A stretch of DNA of 64,000 nt from Nitrospirota bacterium. GTDB lineage: Bacteria > Nitrospirota > Nitrospiria > SBBL01 > JAADHI01. Position numbers and translations under genes: made by a program. The notes beneath the pieces are model-generated. The model saw only the letters and a list, made by a program, of their open reading frames with translations, had not been told where the DNA came from and did no database searches. The stretch lies in NCBI GenBank assembly GCA_029261155.1, contig JAJDBW010000077.1, forward strand, positions 2,365 to 66,364, in the 5' to 3' direction. Positions 44,308 through 54,249 of the stretch are shown here, one piece after another (within the stretch, counting starts at the first letter, position 1; each line of letters opens with the position of its first letter).

Positions 44308-46074
44308 CTAGGGTAGGCGCGGTGTTTTTTTGATGTGTAGTTCTTTGAGCTGACGGTCGTCGACGTCACCGGGGGCCTCGGTCATCAGGCAGATGCCTTT
44401 TTGGGTTTTGGGGAAGGCGATGACCTCGCGGATGGATTCCACCCCGGCCAAGAGCGCGACCATGCGATCAAAGCCGAAGGCGATACCGCCGTGGGGGGGC
44501 GCGCCGTATTGCAGGGCTTCGAGTAGAAAACCGAATTTTTTCGCGGCCTCTTCTTTGCCGATGCCGAGCAAGTCGAAAATCTTCGATTGGGTTTCTTCCT
44601 GGTGAATACGGATGCTGCCACCACCGAGTTCGACGCCGTTGACGACGAGGTCGTAGGCCTTGGCACGGGCCTTTAAAGGATCACTTTCCAGCAGGGCCAG
44701 GTCTTCGTCCATGGGGCTGGTAAAGGGGTGGTGGATGGCGATGTAGCGTTTTTCCGTTTCGTCGTATTCCAACAAAGGGAAGTCCGTGACCCAAAGGGGA
44801 TTGAAAACCTTCGGGTCGATGAGATTCAATCGATGGCCAATGCTGAGCCGAAGCGTGCTAAGCACATCGTAGACCACCTGGGCTTTGTCGGCGACAAAAA
44901 GGAGCAGATCGCCCGTTTCGGCTTCGAGGCTTTGCTTAATTTCCTCCAGTAATTCCGGCGTGAAGAATTTTGTGATGGGGGCTTCGAGTCCACCGTCAGC
45001 AACCTTCATCCATGCGAGGCCCTTTGCGCCGCGGGTGATAGCCTCTTGCGTGAGATTGTCGATCTCTTTGCGTGAGAGGCCGGCCATGCCCTTGGCATTG
45101 AGCCCTTTGACCAAACCGCCTCCTTCGGCGACCGCGCGGAAAACCTTAAAATCGGAGCGTCCGGCCAGGTTCGTCAGATCCTTCAATTCGAGACCAAAGC
45201 GGGTGTCGGGCCGGTCGTTGCCAAAACGGTCCATGGCGTCTTGGTAGGTCAATCGAGGAAAGGGGCGTGTAAACTGGATTCCCTGGACTTCGGCGAACAC
45301 GGTCGAGATCATCTCCTCCATGAGTGCGATAATGTCGTCGCGTTCGACGAAGGACAGTTCCAAATCGATTTGCGTAAACTCCGGTTGCCGGTCGGCGCGC
45401 AGATCCTCATCGCGAAAACAGCGGACGATTTGATAGTAGCGGTCGAAGCCGGAGACCATTAAGATTTGCTTAAAAAGCTGCGGGCTTTGCGGCAGGGCGT
45501 AGAAGGTGCCAGGATTCAGGCGGCTGGGCACGAGAAAGTCGCGCGCGCCCTCCGGGGTGCTCTTGGTGAGTGTGGGCGTTTCGATTTCTAGGAACTGGTT
45601 CGCATTTAAAAATTGCCGCAGGGCTTGCGACAAACGGTGGCGGAGGACGAAGTGTTGCTGAACGCTGTGTCGCCTTAAATCCAAGTAGCGGTATTGCAGA
45701 CGGAGGGCTTCGGAGATCTCTTCGCCATCCTCGATTAAAAAGGGCGGCGTTTTGGATCGGTTTAGAATCTTCAGGTCCGTGACGTGGACTTCGACTTCGC
45801 CGCTGGGCAGGTCCTTATTTAAGGTGCCTTCGGGCCGGAGCGCGACTTTGCCGGTAATTTGGATGACGAATTCGGAGCGGAGTCCGTGGGCCTCTTGGTG
45901 GATGGCCTCCGAGATTTGCGGATTAAAAACGATTTGAACGAGGCCTTCCCGGTCGCGCAGGTCCACGAAGGTAAGGCCGCCGTGGTCGCGGCGGCGGTGG
46001 ACCCAGCCGGAGAGGGTGACGTCCTCGTCCAGATTTTTCTTCGAAATGCTTCCGCAATAGCTCGTTCGATACAT
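44308..46074 (-). CDS. aspS: Aspartate--tRNA ligase
   Basis: ATG at 46074 (MYRTSYCGSI...). GWVHRRRDHGGLTFVDLRDREG (anticodon-binding OB region), FYALPQSPQLFKQ, RCFRDEDLRADRQPEFTQID (motif 2) and GGIAFGFDRMV (motif 3). Confidence 0.95.
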   Translation of the reverse strand: MYRTSYCGSISKKNLDEDVTLSGWVHRRRDHGGLTFVDLRDREGLVQIVFNPQISEAIHQEAHGLRSEFVIQITGKVALRPEGTLNKDLPSGEVEVHVTDLKILNRSKTPPFLIEDGEEISEALRLQYRYLDLRRHSVQQHFVLRHRLSQALRQFLNANQFLEIETPTLTKSTPEGARDFLVPSRLNPGTFYALPQSPQLFKQILMVSGFDRYYQIVRCFRDEDLRADRQPEFTQIDLELSFVERDDIIALMEEMISTVFAEVQGIQFTRPFPRLTYQDAMDRFGNDRPDTRFGLELKDLTNLAGRSDFKVFRAVAEGGGLVKGLNAKGMAGLSRKEIDNLTQEAITRGAKGLAWMKVADGGLEAPITKFFTPELLEEIKQSLEAETGDLLLFVADKAQVVYDVLSTLRLSIGHRLNLIDPKVFNPLWVTDFPLLEYDETEKRYIAIHHPFTSPMDEDLALLESDPLKARAKAYDLVVNGVELGGGSIRIHQEETQSKIFDLLGIGKEEAAKKFGFLLEALQYGAPPHGGIAFGFDRMVALLAGVESIREVIAFPKTQKGICLMTEAPGDVDDRQLKELHIKKTPRLP

Positions 46075-46177
46075 GGCGGTGCAGGGTAGCACGCGGGCGA
46101 AAATCTTGTCAATTTCCTTAAGAGTTTTTCGCGGGCGATTCAGGGTGATGCCAAGGGAACCACCGGACTCATTTCAT

Positions 46178-46230
46178 AGGGGCGCACCCTTGTGTGTGCC
46201 CTCATGGGGCAGACACACAGGTCTGCCCCT
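46178..46230. repeat. REP-like double hairpin in the divergent aspS/osmC intergenic region
   Basis: Hairpin 2 is GGGGCAGAC-ACACAG-GTCTGCCCC (46206-46229), with a perfect 9-bp stem. Hairpin 1 (46179-46202) is GGGCGCAC...GTGTGCCC with one G-T pair. This is the only copy in the window. Confidence 0.5.
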
Positions 46231-46345
46231 ACGATCAATTGAATGCGATCGAGGACTTTCGTGTTCTATTGGCAGGGGCAATCGTGATAAATTGAGATGG
46301 GGCGAGTCAAGTGCCATTGGTTTCAAAATAAGGTGGAGGTAAGGA

Positions 46346-46822
46346 ATGGAAGCGAAAAAAGACGAACACTATTTTCATGCCCGTTTGGAATGGACGGAAG
46401 GGGAGAAGGGCTCGACCCTCGATTATCAAGCCTATAGCCGATCTCATCAAGTGACCTGTCCGGGAAAGATTTCGCTGGCGATGTCTTCCGCGCCGCAGTA
46501 CCTGGGCGATCCGCAACGTTTGAACCCGGAAGAACTGATGACCATGGCCGTTTCTTCCTGCCAGATGTTGACCTATCTTGCCTTGGCTTCTGGGGCAGGG
46601 ATTCGGGTGCTTGCCTATACCGATGAGGCGGAGGGCGTGTTGGAAAAGAAAGATCGAAAGATGCAGATGACCCGGATGCGGCTTCGGCCCAAGATTTTGG
46701 TGCCGGCCGGGACGGATGGCGAAAAGGCCTTGGCCTTGGTCGAAAAGGCGCATGCGCAATGTTTCATCGCCAATTCGATTAAAGCGGATATTGTGAATCA
46801 AGCGGAGATTGTTTTTGCCTGA
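46346..46822 (+). CDS. OsmC/Ohr family peroxiredoxin-like protein
   Basis: 158-aa ORF. It has the two conserved Cys contexts, MAVSSCQMLTY and KAHAQCFIANS. Confidence 0.8.
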   Translation: MEAKKDEHYFHARLEWTEGEKGSTLDYQAYSRSHQVTCPGKISLAMSSAPQYLGDPQRLNPEELMTMAVSSCQMLTYLALASGAGIRVLAYTDEAEGVLEKKDRKMQMTRMRLRPKILVPAGTDGEKALALVEKAHAQCFIANSIKADIVNQAEIVFA

Positions 46823-46831
46823 GGGCTTCGC

Positions 46832-47641
46832 TTAAGTTTCCAAGAGGGTTTCGAGCGGAATGGGTGGTTTGCCTCGCGCCATGAATTCGGGATTGGCCAG
46901 GTCGGCTTTGTTATAGCTTAGGGGCTTGCCTTTTAAATCCGTGACGCTTCCGCCGGCCTCGGAGACGATGCAGTCCGCCGCTGCCGTGTCCCATTCCATG
47001 GTTCGTCCAAAACGTAAATAGAGGGAGACGCTTCCATCGGCAACCAAACAGAATTTTAATGAACTGCCGACGGCGATGGCTTCATGCTCACCAAGCTTTT
47101 CGAGAAAGCGAATCAGTTTTTCTTTCCCATGCGAGCGGCTTGTCGCGATTTTTAAAATGCCGTTACGGTAATCGCCTGCAGTGATCCGGACGGGATTTTC
47201 TGCTTTATTTCTTTTAAATGCCCCCAGACCTTGAGCGGCAGAGTAGCTTAGATCCAGCGCAGGGGCGTGGACCACCCCCATTGTGGGGACGCCCTTTTCG
47301 ATGAGCGCAATATTCACGGTGAACTCATTGTTCCTTTTAATAAATTCCTTTGTGCCATCTAGGGGATCGATGAGCCAGTAGGTCTCCCAATCCTGCCGGG
47401 TTTCGTAGGCGATTGTTTTTGATTCCTCCGAAAGTGCCGGAAACTGGGGGGACAGGTGTGCAAGCCCTTCGATGATCACGCGATGCGCGGCCAGATCGGC
47501 CTGGGTGAGCGGAGAATCGTCTTTCTTAAAGGTTGTGCCGAAATCCGGTTTTTTGTAAATGGCCATGATGGCCTCACCCGCCTTTTCGGCCAAGGAGACA
47601 ATTTGGGGGAGTAAGGCTGCTCTTTGTTTTGGTCGCTCCAA
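46832..47641 (-). CDS. cysQ: 3'(2'),5'-bisphosphate nucleotidase CysQ
   Basis: 269-aa ORF. ALSEES, YWLIDPLDGTKEFI and MEWDTAAADCIVSEAGG are inositol-monophosphatase/CysQ signatures. Confidence 0.85.
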   Translation of the reverse strand: MERPKQRAALLPQIVSLAEKAGEAIMAIYKKPDFGTTFKKDDSPLTQADLAAHRVIIEGLAHLSPQFPALSEESKTIAYETRQDWETYWLIDPLDGTKEFIKRNNEFTVNIALIEKGVPTMGVVHAPALDLSYSAAQGLGAFKRNKAENPVRITAGDYRNGILKIATSRSHGKEKLIRFLEKLGEHEAIAVGSSLKFCLVADGSVSLYLRFGRTMEWDTAAADCIVSEAGGSVTDLKGKPLSYNKADLANPEFMARGKPPIPLETLLET

Positions 47642-47652
47642 TAAATCTCCTT

Positions 47653-48819
47653 TTAATCCTTTGTTTTGGCTTTTTCCATGGCTTTCGCCTTCTCCAAATA
47701 TTCCAGGAAAAAGACAAGAAAAATGCCGAAGAAGCCTGCCGTAAATGTGGACAAAATGACGATCTGTGTCCGTTTGGGCCGAACACGAGTCTCCGAAGCG
47801 ACTGCGATATCCAATATTTGAACGGTCGGACTGTCTTTGGCCTCTTGGATGCGGGCCATTTCATATTGTTCAGTCAAGAGTTCAAAGAGGGTCTCGTGAA
47901 TCTTTGCATTGCGAAGAAGTCTGACATATTGCAGAGAGAGGTCAGGGAGCCGGTCCGTGGGTATAAAGATGTTTCTGGACTCCTCTCCTTCTTGATCGCC
48001 TCCCGCCGCAAGGCTTTGGAGCATTTTTCTTAATTCTTTGACCTCGGTCTTTAAAATTTTCACTTGGGGATTTTCCGGTGTGGCGAATGAGAGCAAGGTT
48101 TGAAGTTCCACCTCTTTGGCGATCAGTGTTCCCTTGACCTCACCTATTGCGCCGATGATGGCCGAGCTTTGGTCGTCCAGTTTTATGGCCCTGTTTTTTT
48201 CTTGAAAAGACTTCAGCGCTTCTTCCGATTGCGCGAGGGCAATTTTTGCATCCGCCAGTCTTTTTTCTACAAAGGCCCGCATACGGCCTCCCGATGTTGT
48301 GGTGATGCCGCGATTAAAGTTGTCGAGGGCCTCTGAAAAGGCGTTGGCCATATCGGCCGCGCGTTGTGGGTCGCGATCTTCGACGGTGATGGTGAGTATC
48401 TCTTCTTTTGACTTCTTGACGTGGAGGGCTTCTTGGAGCCGTTTTCTCGCCTCTTCTTCGCTATCCGTTTCGTACACCGATTTGAGTTGAAAGGTCGAGA
48501 TAATTTTATCGACGATGGTGCGGCTTTTGAGAATGCCAACCCAAAGATCGATGGGTGAACTCATTCCCAGGGCGCTTCCGGCAAGGCCACCCCATCCGCC
48601 GGGCAGCTTGGAAGATATCAAGCTCATATTACTTTGACTGTTTTGAGGCGGAAGGAGGCTGGTGGTCGCTGAATAGATCTTAGGAAGCATGAGACTGATA
48701 ACAATCGAAGCAATAACGGCGAGGAAAACGATCAATAAGAAAAGCTTTTTCCGTTTGACCAACACGCGCCAATAGTCAAGCAGGTTGATTTCGTCTTCCG
48801 CGATGTATTCCGGGTCCAT
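47653..48819 (-). CDS. Polysaccharide co-polymerase / chain-length determinant (Wzz/GumC-like, no kinase domain)
   Basis: 388-aa ORF. EINLLDYWRVLVKRKKLFLLIVFLAVIASIVISLMLPKIYSATTSLL is the Wzz N-terminus. It has a long coiled periplasmic region and a second TM at the C-terminus. Confidence 0.8.
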   Translation of the reverse strand: MDPEYIAEDEINLLDYWRVLVKRKKLFLLIVFLAVIASIVISLMLPKIYSATTSLLPPQNSQSNMSLISSKLPGGWGGLAGSALGMSSPIDLWVGILKSRTIVDKIISTFQLKSVYETDSEEEARKRLQEALHVKKSKEEILTITVEDRDPQRAADMANAFSEALDNFNRGITTTSGGRMRAFVEKRLADAKIALAQSEEALKSFQEKNRAIKLDDQSSAIIGAIGEVKGTLIAKEVELQTLLSFATPENPQVKILKTEVKELRKMLQSLAAGGDQEGEESRNIFIPTDRLPDLSLQYVRLLRNAKIHETLFELLTEQYEMARIQEAKDSPTVQILDIAVASETRVRPKRTQIVILSTFTAGFFGIFLVFFLEYLEKAKAMEKAKTKD

Positions 48820-48823
48820 AAGA

Positions 48824-51397
48824 TTAAAACGCCACGATCAAAACTCCGGCGGTGACCGCAATCTGATAGAGGATCTGGGTTATGTCCTTCACCTCTCTTA
48901 ACCAGGCGATCTTGCCGATCTCTGCCGGTACAACAATGGTATCTCCGGGATCTAGCGATTGGGAGAGAAGCCCTTTTTTCCAAAACCCTTTCGTTTGTTG
49001 TTTTGAAACGGCAGTTCCGTCGACCTTCAGGACGTAGATGGTTTTTTCGTTGGCGTTTTCAGTAAGCCCACCGGCTTTTTCCAAGTAATGTGATACGTGG
49101 GTGTCGGGGTCGTAGATAAAGGCCGTTTGATTATAAACCGCCCCGATGACCTGGACTTGTTGCGCTCTTTCGGGAATGATCAGATGATCCCCATCCTCAA
49201 GCGTAATGTTGGAAGGCGTGATTTTGAAGGAATCCAATTCGACAAGCTGGATTGCCATCCTTCCCTTGGCTTTCGCGGCGCGCATTTTGATGATCAGGGC
49301 TTTCCGTTGTTCGATCGACGCGCTGTGTTGTTGAGAGGCTTCCGTGCTCAAGGCGGCCTCGAAGGTTTCGGCCGATTCGGAAAGGATTTGATGTTCGAGC
49401 CGGTCGATTGAATCATCCAATTGTTTTTGTTGAAGTGCTCGAACGGATTCCCGTGTGAAAATGGCGCCCTTGAGGTAGGCATTGTCTGTGTAGCCCCCCG
49501 CGCGTTCGATCAGGGATGAAAGGGTTTCCCCTTTTTTTGCGGTATAGCTTCCAGGGAAACGGACCTCGCCTTCGATCTGTACCCTTCGATAGAGCGACCA
49601 TTCCGGCACGGTTTGGACCGAGAGATGATCATTTTTTCGAAGCGCTAGATTGTGATCGGGATCTCCAGAAATGGCCTTATTTAGATCGATGGTCATTCGT
49701 TCAATGCGAGGGCCGTCCGGGACCGGTGTAATTCGCGTCAGTTCCGCCGAATCGAGAAAAGCATAATCCTTTGGGCCCCCCGAAAGATTCAGAAGGTCTG
49801 AGAGCTTCATATTGGGACGAAACGCATAGGGTCCAGGTTTGTTGACAGCACCCTCTATATGTATCGTTTGCTGATCGATAAAATCAAACCGATTGAAGAC
49901 AGAAACATTATCGTGTGGTTGAAGAAGGATGTCTTTTTCCTGCACTCCATTGAGATAAAGGTCTCCTAGCGCAATGGAAAGATATTCTTGATGATTGTCC
50001 GGCGGTACTAACCTTTCAATCAAGGCAAAGTCGAAATAGGTGTCGGGCAGAAATGCGCCGAGAGAGGGAATTAAATCTCGAACGCGCATCCCAGGGTACC
50101 ATTCGTATTTTCCCGGACGATTGACATTTCCTTTGAGGGTGATGGCATTCGTAATGCCGAAGTTGATGGAAAAGACCTTGACCAGGTCGCCGTCCATTAA
50201 GGGAAGATCTTTGTTTTCGGAAAGTGCGCTGAGGTCAATATCGAGAATCGTTTTGGCGTCATTATCGAAGATGCGCTCGACTTGGATTTGTTGAAGGTAT
50301 CCTGTTGCGCTAATACCACCGGCCATCTCGATCAATCTCTGTAGGGTCATTTCTCCTTTCGATTCGTAAACGGCGGGGGCTCTTACATTACCCGCAATGC
50401 CGATCAAGGGTCCGACGGTGGGGATAAAAATCACGTCTTCGGGCATGAGTCGAATGTCGTCGCGCTTGTCTCCCTTGAGGAGTAAATCGTAGAGATCGAA
50501 TTGGACAAGGGTTTCTCCCTTTCGTTTGACTGTAATATTACGCATCGAGCCCACTTTGCTTGGGCCGCCTGAAGCCAGAAGGGCGTTAATCAGTGACGAA
50601 AAAGAAGAGAGGGTGTAGCTGCCGGGGTGCTTGGCCTTTCCGACTACGAAGACGCGAATTGAGCGAAGCTGGCCCATGCTGACATTCATCTTGACTTCGG
50701 AGGGGTCGTAGAAACGGCTAAATGCTTTTTTAATAAAGGTCTTGGATTCCGAAAAGCTGAGGCCGGCCAAGTGCAAGGTTCCAAATTGGGGCAGGACAAT
50801 CTTTCCGTCCCGATCGACGACAACGGTGTGTGCCGCGTTGACCTTTCCCCAAATGTCGATGCGAAGTTCGTCTCCGGGGCCCAGAAGATAGTCAGGACCG
50901 ACGGGCAGGGCATCGACCGGTGTGAAGCTACTTGGGGCTTGCCGAAAAAGTTCGTAACCAAATTGCTCTATGTTGAGCGAAATGGAAGTCGGAAGATCGC
51001 CTCGAATAAAGTCCTCGAATTGAGAGGATCCGTTTTTTTTCGTACGGGAGGGGACTTCCGGTGTTTGTCCGATGTCTTTGTTGATCGGCTCGCTCTTTTG
51101 AGGCGGAAGCGGCTCCTTATTTTTCGGCGAACCGGATTTCGGATCGACCGAGCGGTCCTGTTTTTCTAAAAGTGCCTTCGCCTTGGATATCTCCTCCGGG
51201 CTTAAGGATTCCAGCGTTTTGTTTTCGAATTGGGCAAAGGCATGGGAAGAAAAAAAGAAACCGGTGATTAGGATCGTTAAGAAGAAGCGGAGGCGATGCC
51301 GAAAAAAAGAGCAGCTATTTTGAGGCCGTGCTTTGTTTTCGGCCTTCAAACGTTTAAGCCGTTTCGTGGAAAGCGCATCATATAAGAAATGACTCAT
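48824..51397 (-). CDS. Large Wza-type polysaccharide export protein (Poly_export domain plus multiple SLBB domains)
   Basis: 857-aa ORF with a signal peptide ending HAFA. YLLGPGDELRIDIWGKVNAAHTVVVDRDGKIVLPQFGTLHLAGLS is the Poly_export motif. SLBB-like units recur (GDVIFIP, GDLVKV, HDNVSVF, NDHLSVQ, GDHLIIP, GDTIVVP). Confidence 0.85.
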   Translation of the reverse strand: MSHFLYDALSTKRLKRLKAENKARPQNSCSFFRHRLRFFLTILITGFFFSSHAFAQFENKTLESLSPEEISKAKALLEKQDRSVDPKSGSPKNKEPLPPQKSEPINKDIGQTPEVPSRTKKNGSSQFEDFIRGDLPTSISLNIEQFGYELFRQAPSSFTPVDALPVGPDYLLGPGDELRIDIWGKVNAAHTVVVDRDGKIVLPQFGTLHLAGLSFSESKTFIKKAFSRFYDPSEVKMNVSMGQLRSIRVFVVGKAKHPGSYTLSSFSSLINALLASGGPSKVGSMRNITVKRKGETLVQFDLYDLLLKGDKRDDIRLMPEDVIFIPTVGPLIGIAGNVRAPAVYESKGEMTLQRLIEMAGGISATGYLQQIQVERIFDNDAKTILDIDLSALSENKDLPLMDGDLVKVFSINFGITNAITLKGNVNRPGKYEWYPGMRVRDLIPSLGAFLPDTYFDFALIERLVPPDNHQEYLSIALGDLYLNGVQEKDILLQPHDNVSVFNRFDFIDQQTIHIEGAVNKPGPYAFRPNMKLSDLLNLSGGPKDYAFLDSAELTRITPVPDGPRIERMTIDLNKAISGDPDHNLALRKNDHLSVQTVPEWSLYRRVQIEGEVRFPGSYTAKKGETLSSLIERAGGYTDNAYLKGAIFTRESVRALQQKQLDDSIDRLEHQILSESAETFEAALSTEASQQHSASIEQRKALIIKMRAAKAKGRMAIQLVELDSFKITPSNITLEDGDHLIIPERAQQVQVIGAVYNQTAFIYDPDTHVSHYLEKAGGLTENANEKTIYVLKVDGTAVSKQQTKGFWKKGLLSQSLDPGDTIVVPAEIGKIAWLREVKDITQILYQIAVTAGVLIVAF

Positions 51398-51514
51398 TGG
51401 GCGAACAGCGTTCTATTGAGGACGGCCTGTATTTAATAATATACCGTCTGTTAATGTCAAGGCGCATTTAGGGAGACCACGATAAGCGAGTAGTGGTTAA
51501 TTGTTATTCGCACA

Positions 51515-51994
51515 TTAGATGGGATCGGGGAGGCCGCCCTCAAGGACGGTTTCGCTTTTCCATAGGGCCTCAGATTTTATTTCTTCCTTGGATTCCTTGA
51601 CGACAATGACGGGTGTGTCGGAAAGACGAATCACACGTTCCGCGAGGCTGCCTACCATATAATCTTTAATCTGCCTTTGAGAGGAGAGCCCCATGACGAT
51701 GTAGCGGCAATCCCAATCTTCTGCGGCGTCTGCAATATGCTGGGCACGACTCCCACTTAAGAGGAGGGTTTCGATGAGATAGCCCTTCGCGCGCCAATAC
51801 CTGGCATCTTGTTCTAAAATGGCCGCTGATTTTTTATTCTTTTCGAAGCGATCCGGCGGCCCCAGACTCGGAAGGATATGGCAGAGGAGGATGATCGCCT
51901 TGAGCTTTTTGGCCAGAAAAGCCGTGTAGCTCAGGGCAGAGGCCGCGCAGATGGAAAAATTCGTTGGCGTTAAAATTCGTGCCTCTTTTTCCAT
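51515..51994 (-). CDS. Universal stress protein (UspA family)
   Basis: 159-aa ORF. CRYIVMGLSSQRQIKDYMVGSLAERVIRLSDTPVIVV is the Usp C-terminal ATP-binding-type motif. Confidence 0.75.
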   Translation of the reverse strand: MEKEARILTPTNFSICAASALSYTAFLAKKLKAIILLCHILPSLGPPDRFEKNKKSAAILEQDARYWRAKGYLIETLLLSGSRAQHIADAAEDWDCRYIVMGLSSQRQIKDYMVGSLAERVIRLSDTPVIVVKESKEEIKSEALWKSETVLEGGLPDPI

Positions 51995-52188
51995 TTAAAT
52001 TCTCCTTACCCCGAAGGCCCTATTTTATCGTCCTCAATACTCGGATAGCAAGCGCGTGCGCCTTCCTCGGTTTCTTGGGGCGTTCTCATTAACGAAAGTA
52101 GAAAAGGAAAGAGATCAATTCGGGCTAGGAACGAAAAGACCGCAGTTTTTTCTGAAGGCCGGGATTGCGTGTAATTTCTAAACGAAGA

Positions 52189-54249
52189 CTATCTTGGAAA
52201 GGCGTCTCGAAGTCCGCCGTCGACGGGAAGGATGGCCCCTGTGGTTTTGGCCGCGCGTTCGGAAGCCAAAAAAAGCACGGCTTCGGCGACATCTTTTCCG
52301 AGGATGGGAGTTTGAAGGAGGTTTCGCTTGGCATAGAAGGTTTCGACATCTTTGATGCGAATGTTATGGGCTTTTGCCCGTTCCTTCCGAATTTGCTTCG
52401 ACCAGAGGCCGGAGCCCTCGAAAATACCGTCGGGTGTAACCATGTTGACGCGAATGCCATCAGGGGCATTTTCGATGGCCATGATGCGCGCAAGCTGGGT
52501 TTGCGCCGCTTTGGAGGCCGAGTAGGCGCCGAAGTCCTTGCCGGGGGCCAGGACGTTCTTGGTCGTGACCACGACGATGGATCCGCCCAAGCCTTGGGCC
52601 TTCATCATGCGCAGCGCCGCTTGCGAGGTCAGTAGATGGCCGGTGGCGTTGACGGCCAGGGAGTCTTCCCAATCGGCGGGGCTTAAGTCTTCGACCGATG
52701 CGGTCCGTGCGATGCCGGCGTTCGAAATAAAAACATCCAAGCCGCCGAAACAACGTGCCGCTTGCGCGAAGCCTTGCCGGACGCTCTTTTCGTTGCGCAC
52801 ATCCATTTGAAGCGCGGCGGCATTTTGGCTTCCGGACTTCCGATTGAGCGTCTCGGCCAGTTTCGCCGTTTTTTCAAGGTCAATGTCGGAGAGCACGACG
52901 CAAGCGCCCGTATCGATAAAGGCCTCCGCGATGGCGGCGCCAATGCCGCCCGCCGCGCCCGTAATCAGGACGATTTTGCGGGAGAACTCTTTTTCAGCCG
53001 GGAGCAGGGAGAGTTTGAAATTTTCCATCGGCCAATACTCGAAGTCGCATAAATCTTTGACGCCGATGGTCCGGTAGCGATCAATGGCGCTCGCCGCTTC
53101 GATGACCGGAAAGGTGTGCATGTAAAGATCGTGCACGATGCCGGCGGCGCGCGGATCCTTGCCGCTGGTGAACATGCCGACGCCGGGGATTAAAATCACG
53201 CGCGGATTGGGATCGAGCATCGTGACCCCCTCCGGTTTGTAGTCTTCGAAATAATCGACGGCCCCTTGGCGATAGCGTGCGCAGCCCATTCGGATGGCCT
53301 CGGCGAGTGCGATGGGGTCTTCCGGGTTTTCGATCTCGACGAAAAGGGGCCAGGGCTTCGTGTGCATCAAATGGTCTGGCGTGAAGGGGCCGATTTGTGT
53401 GAGTTTATTCGCCTTTGCCGATCCGATGAATTTCAGCAGCGCGGGATCGTCTTCGTATCGTAAAACCATGCTTTGGTTTTCGCCGATCTCACCGCGCAAG
53501 ATGGGGGCGATTTCCGCAGCCAGCGCCCGCCGTTGAACTTGGGGCAGGGCCCCTTGTTTGAGTCGTCCCAGAGGTCGCTTTCCGCGTGCCTTTTTGGCGG
53601 CGAAGGCCTCCGCTTTCGTCACCATCTCGATGGTTTTGAGGTAGGCCGCTTTTGCCGTATTGCCCCAGGTGATTAGGCCGTGTTTGTCGAGGATGATGGC
53701 AGTTAGGGTCGGATTTTTTTTATAGATTTCGCCGACCGCTTTCGAGAGCTGAAAGCCGGGCCGGTGGTAGTTGACGACGCCGACGCTGTCACCGAAGACC
53801 GATTGTATGATTTTTTTGCTGCTTGGTGTGTCGCTTAAGGCGCAAATGGCGTCGGCATGGGTGTGGTAGATGTGTGCCGGTGGCAGAAAGGCGTGAAGTA
53901 GGGTCTCAATCGAAGGTTTGGGCCGCTTGGGGTCGAGGACCGATTTGAGTTGGTAGTCGACCATTTCATCATCCGACATGGCCTCGCGTTCCATGAGCGG
54001 TAGCAGATCGTCGAGGCGAAGCGGGGTGAAATTCTTGGGGGCGATGGTGCGCATGTCGGAGCCACTGCCCTTGATCCATAGGATGCGGGTGGGTTCCCCC
54101 TTGTGATCCTTCCCCTCGATCTTGATGGAGGAATTACCGCCGCCCCAGAGCACCAAATTCGGATCGGCACCGATGAGGCGTGAGGTGTAGACGACGAGCT
54201 CCAGCCCGGATAAATTCTTCGTTGCCTTGTTCGACCACAGACTTTTCAT
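52189..54249 (-). CDS. Bifunctional class II aldolase/adducin-domain protein fused to a short-chain dehydrogenase (RhaD-type aldolase/SDR)
   Basis: 686-aa ORF. The N-terminal GGGNSSIK...ILWIKGSG...YHTHADAI is aldolase II-like. The C-terminal LITGAAGGIGAAIAEAF (TGxxxGxG), NAGI and YSASKAA (YxxxK) are SDR motifs. Confidence 0.85.
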   Translation of the reverse strand: MKSLWSNKATKNLSGLELVVYTSRLIGADPNLVLWGGGNSSIKIEGKDHKGEPTRILWIKGSGSDMRTIAPKNFTPLRLDDLLPLMEREAMSDDEMVDYQLKSVLDPKRPKPSIETLLHAFLPPAHIYHTHADAICALSDTPSSKKIIQSVFGDSVGVVNYHRPGFQLSKAVGEIYKKNPTLTAIILDKHGLITWGNTAKAAYLKTIEMVTKAEAFAAKKARGKRPLGRLKQGALPQVQRRALAAEIAPILRGEIGENQSMVLRYEDDPALLKFIGSAKANKLTQIGPFTPDHLMHTKPWPLFVEIENPEDPIALAEAIRMGCARYRQGAVDYFEDYKPEGVTMLDPNPRVILIPGVGMFTSGKDPRAAGIVHDLYMHTFPVIEAASAIDRYRTIGVKDLCDFEYWPMENFKLSLLPAEKEFSRKIVLITGAAGGIGAAIAEAFIDTGACVVLSDIDLEKTAKLAETLNRKSGSQNAAALQMDVRNEKSVRQGFAQAARCFGGLDVFISNAGIARTASVEDLSPADWEDSLAVNATGHLLTSQAALRMMKAQGLGGSIVVVTTKNVLAPGKDFGAYSASKAAQTQLARIMAIENAPDGIRVNMVTPDGIFEGSGLWSKQIRKERAKAHNIRIKDVETFYAKRNLLQTPILGKDVAEAVLFLASERAAKTTGAILPVDGGLRDAFPR

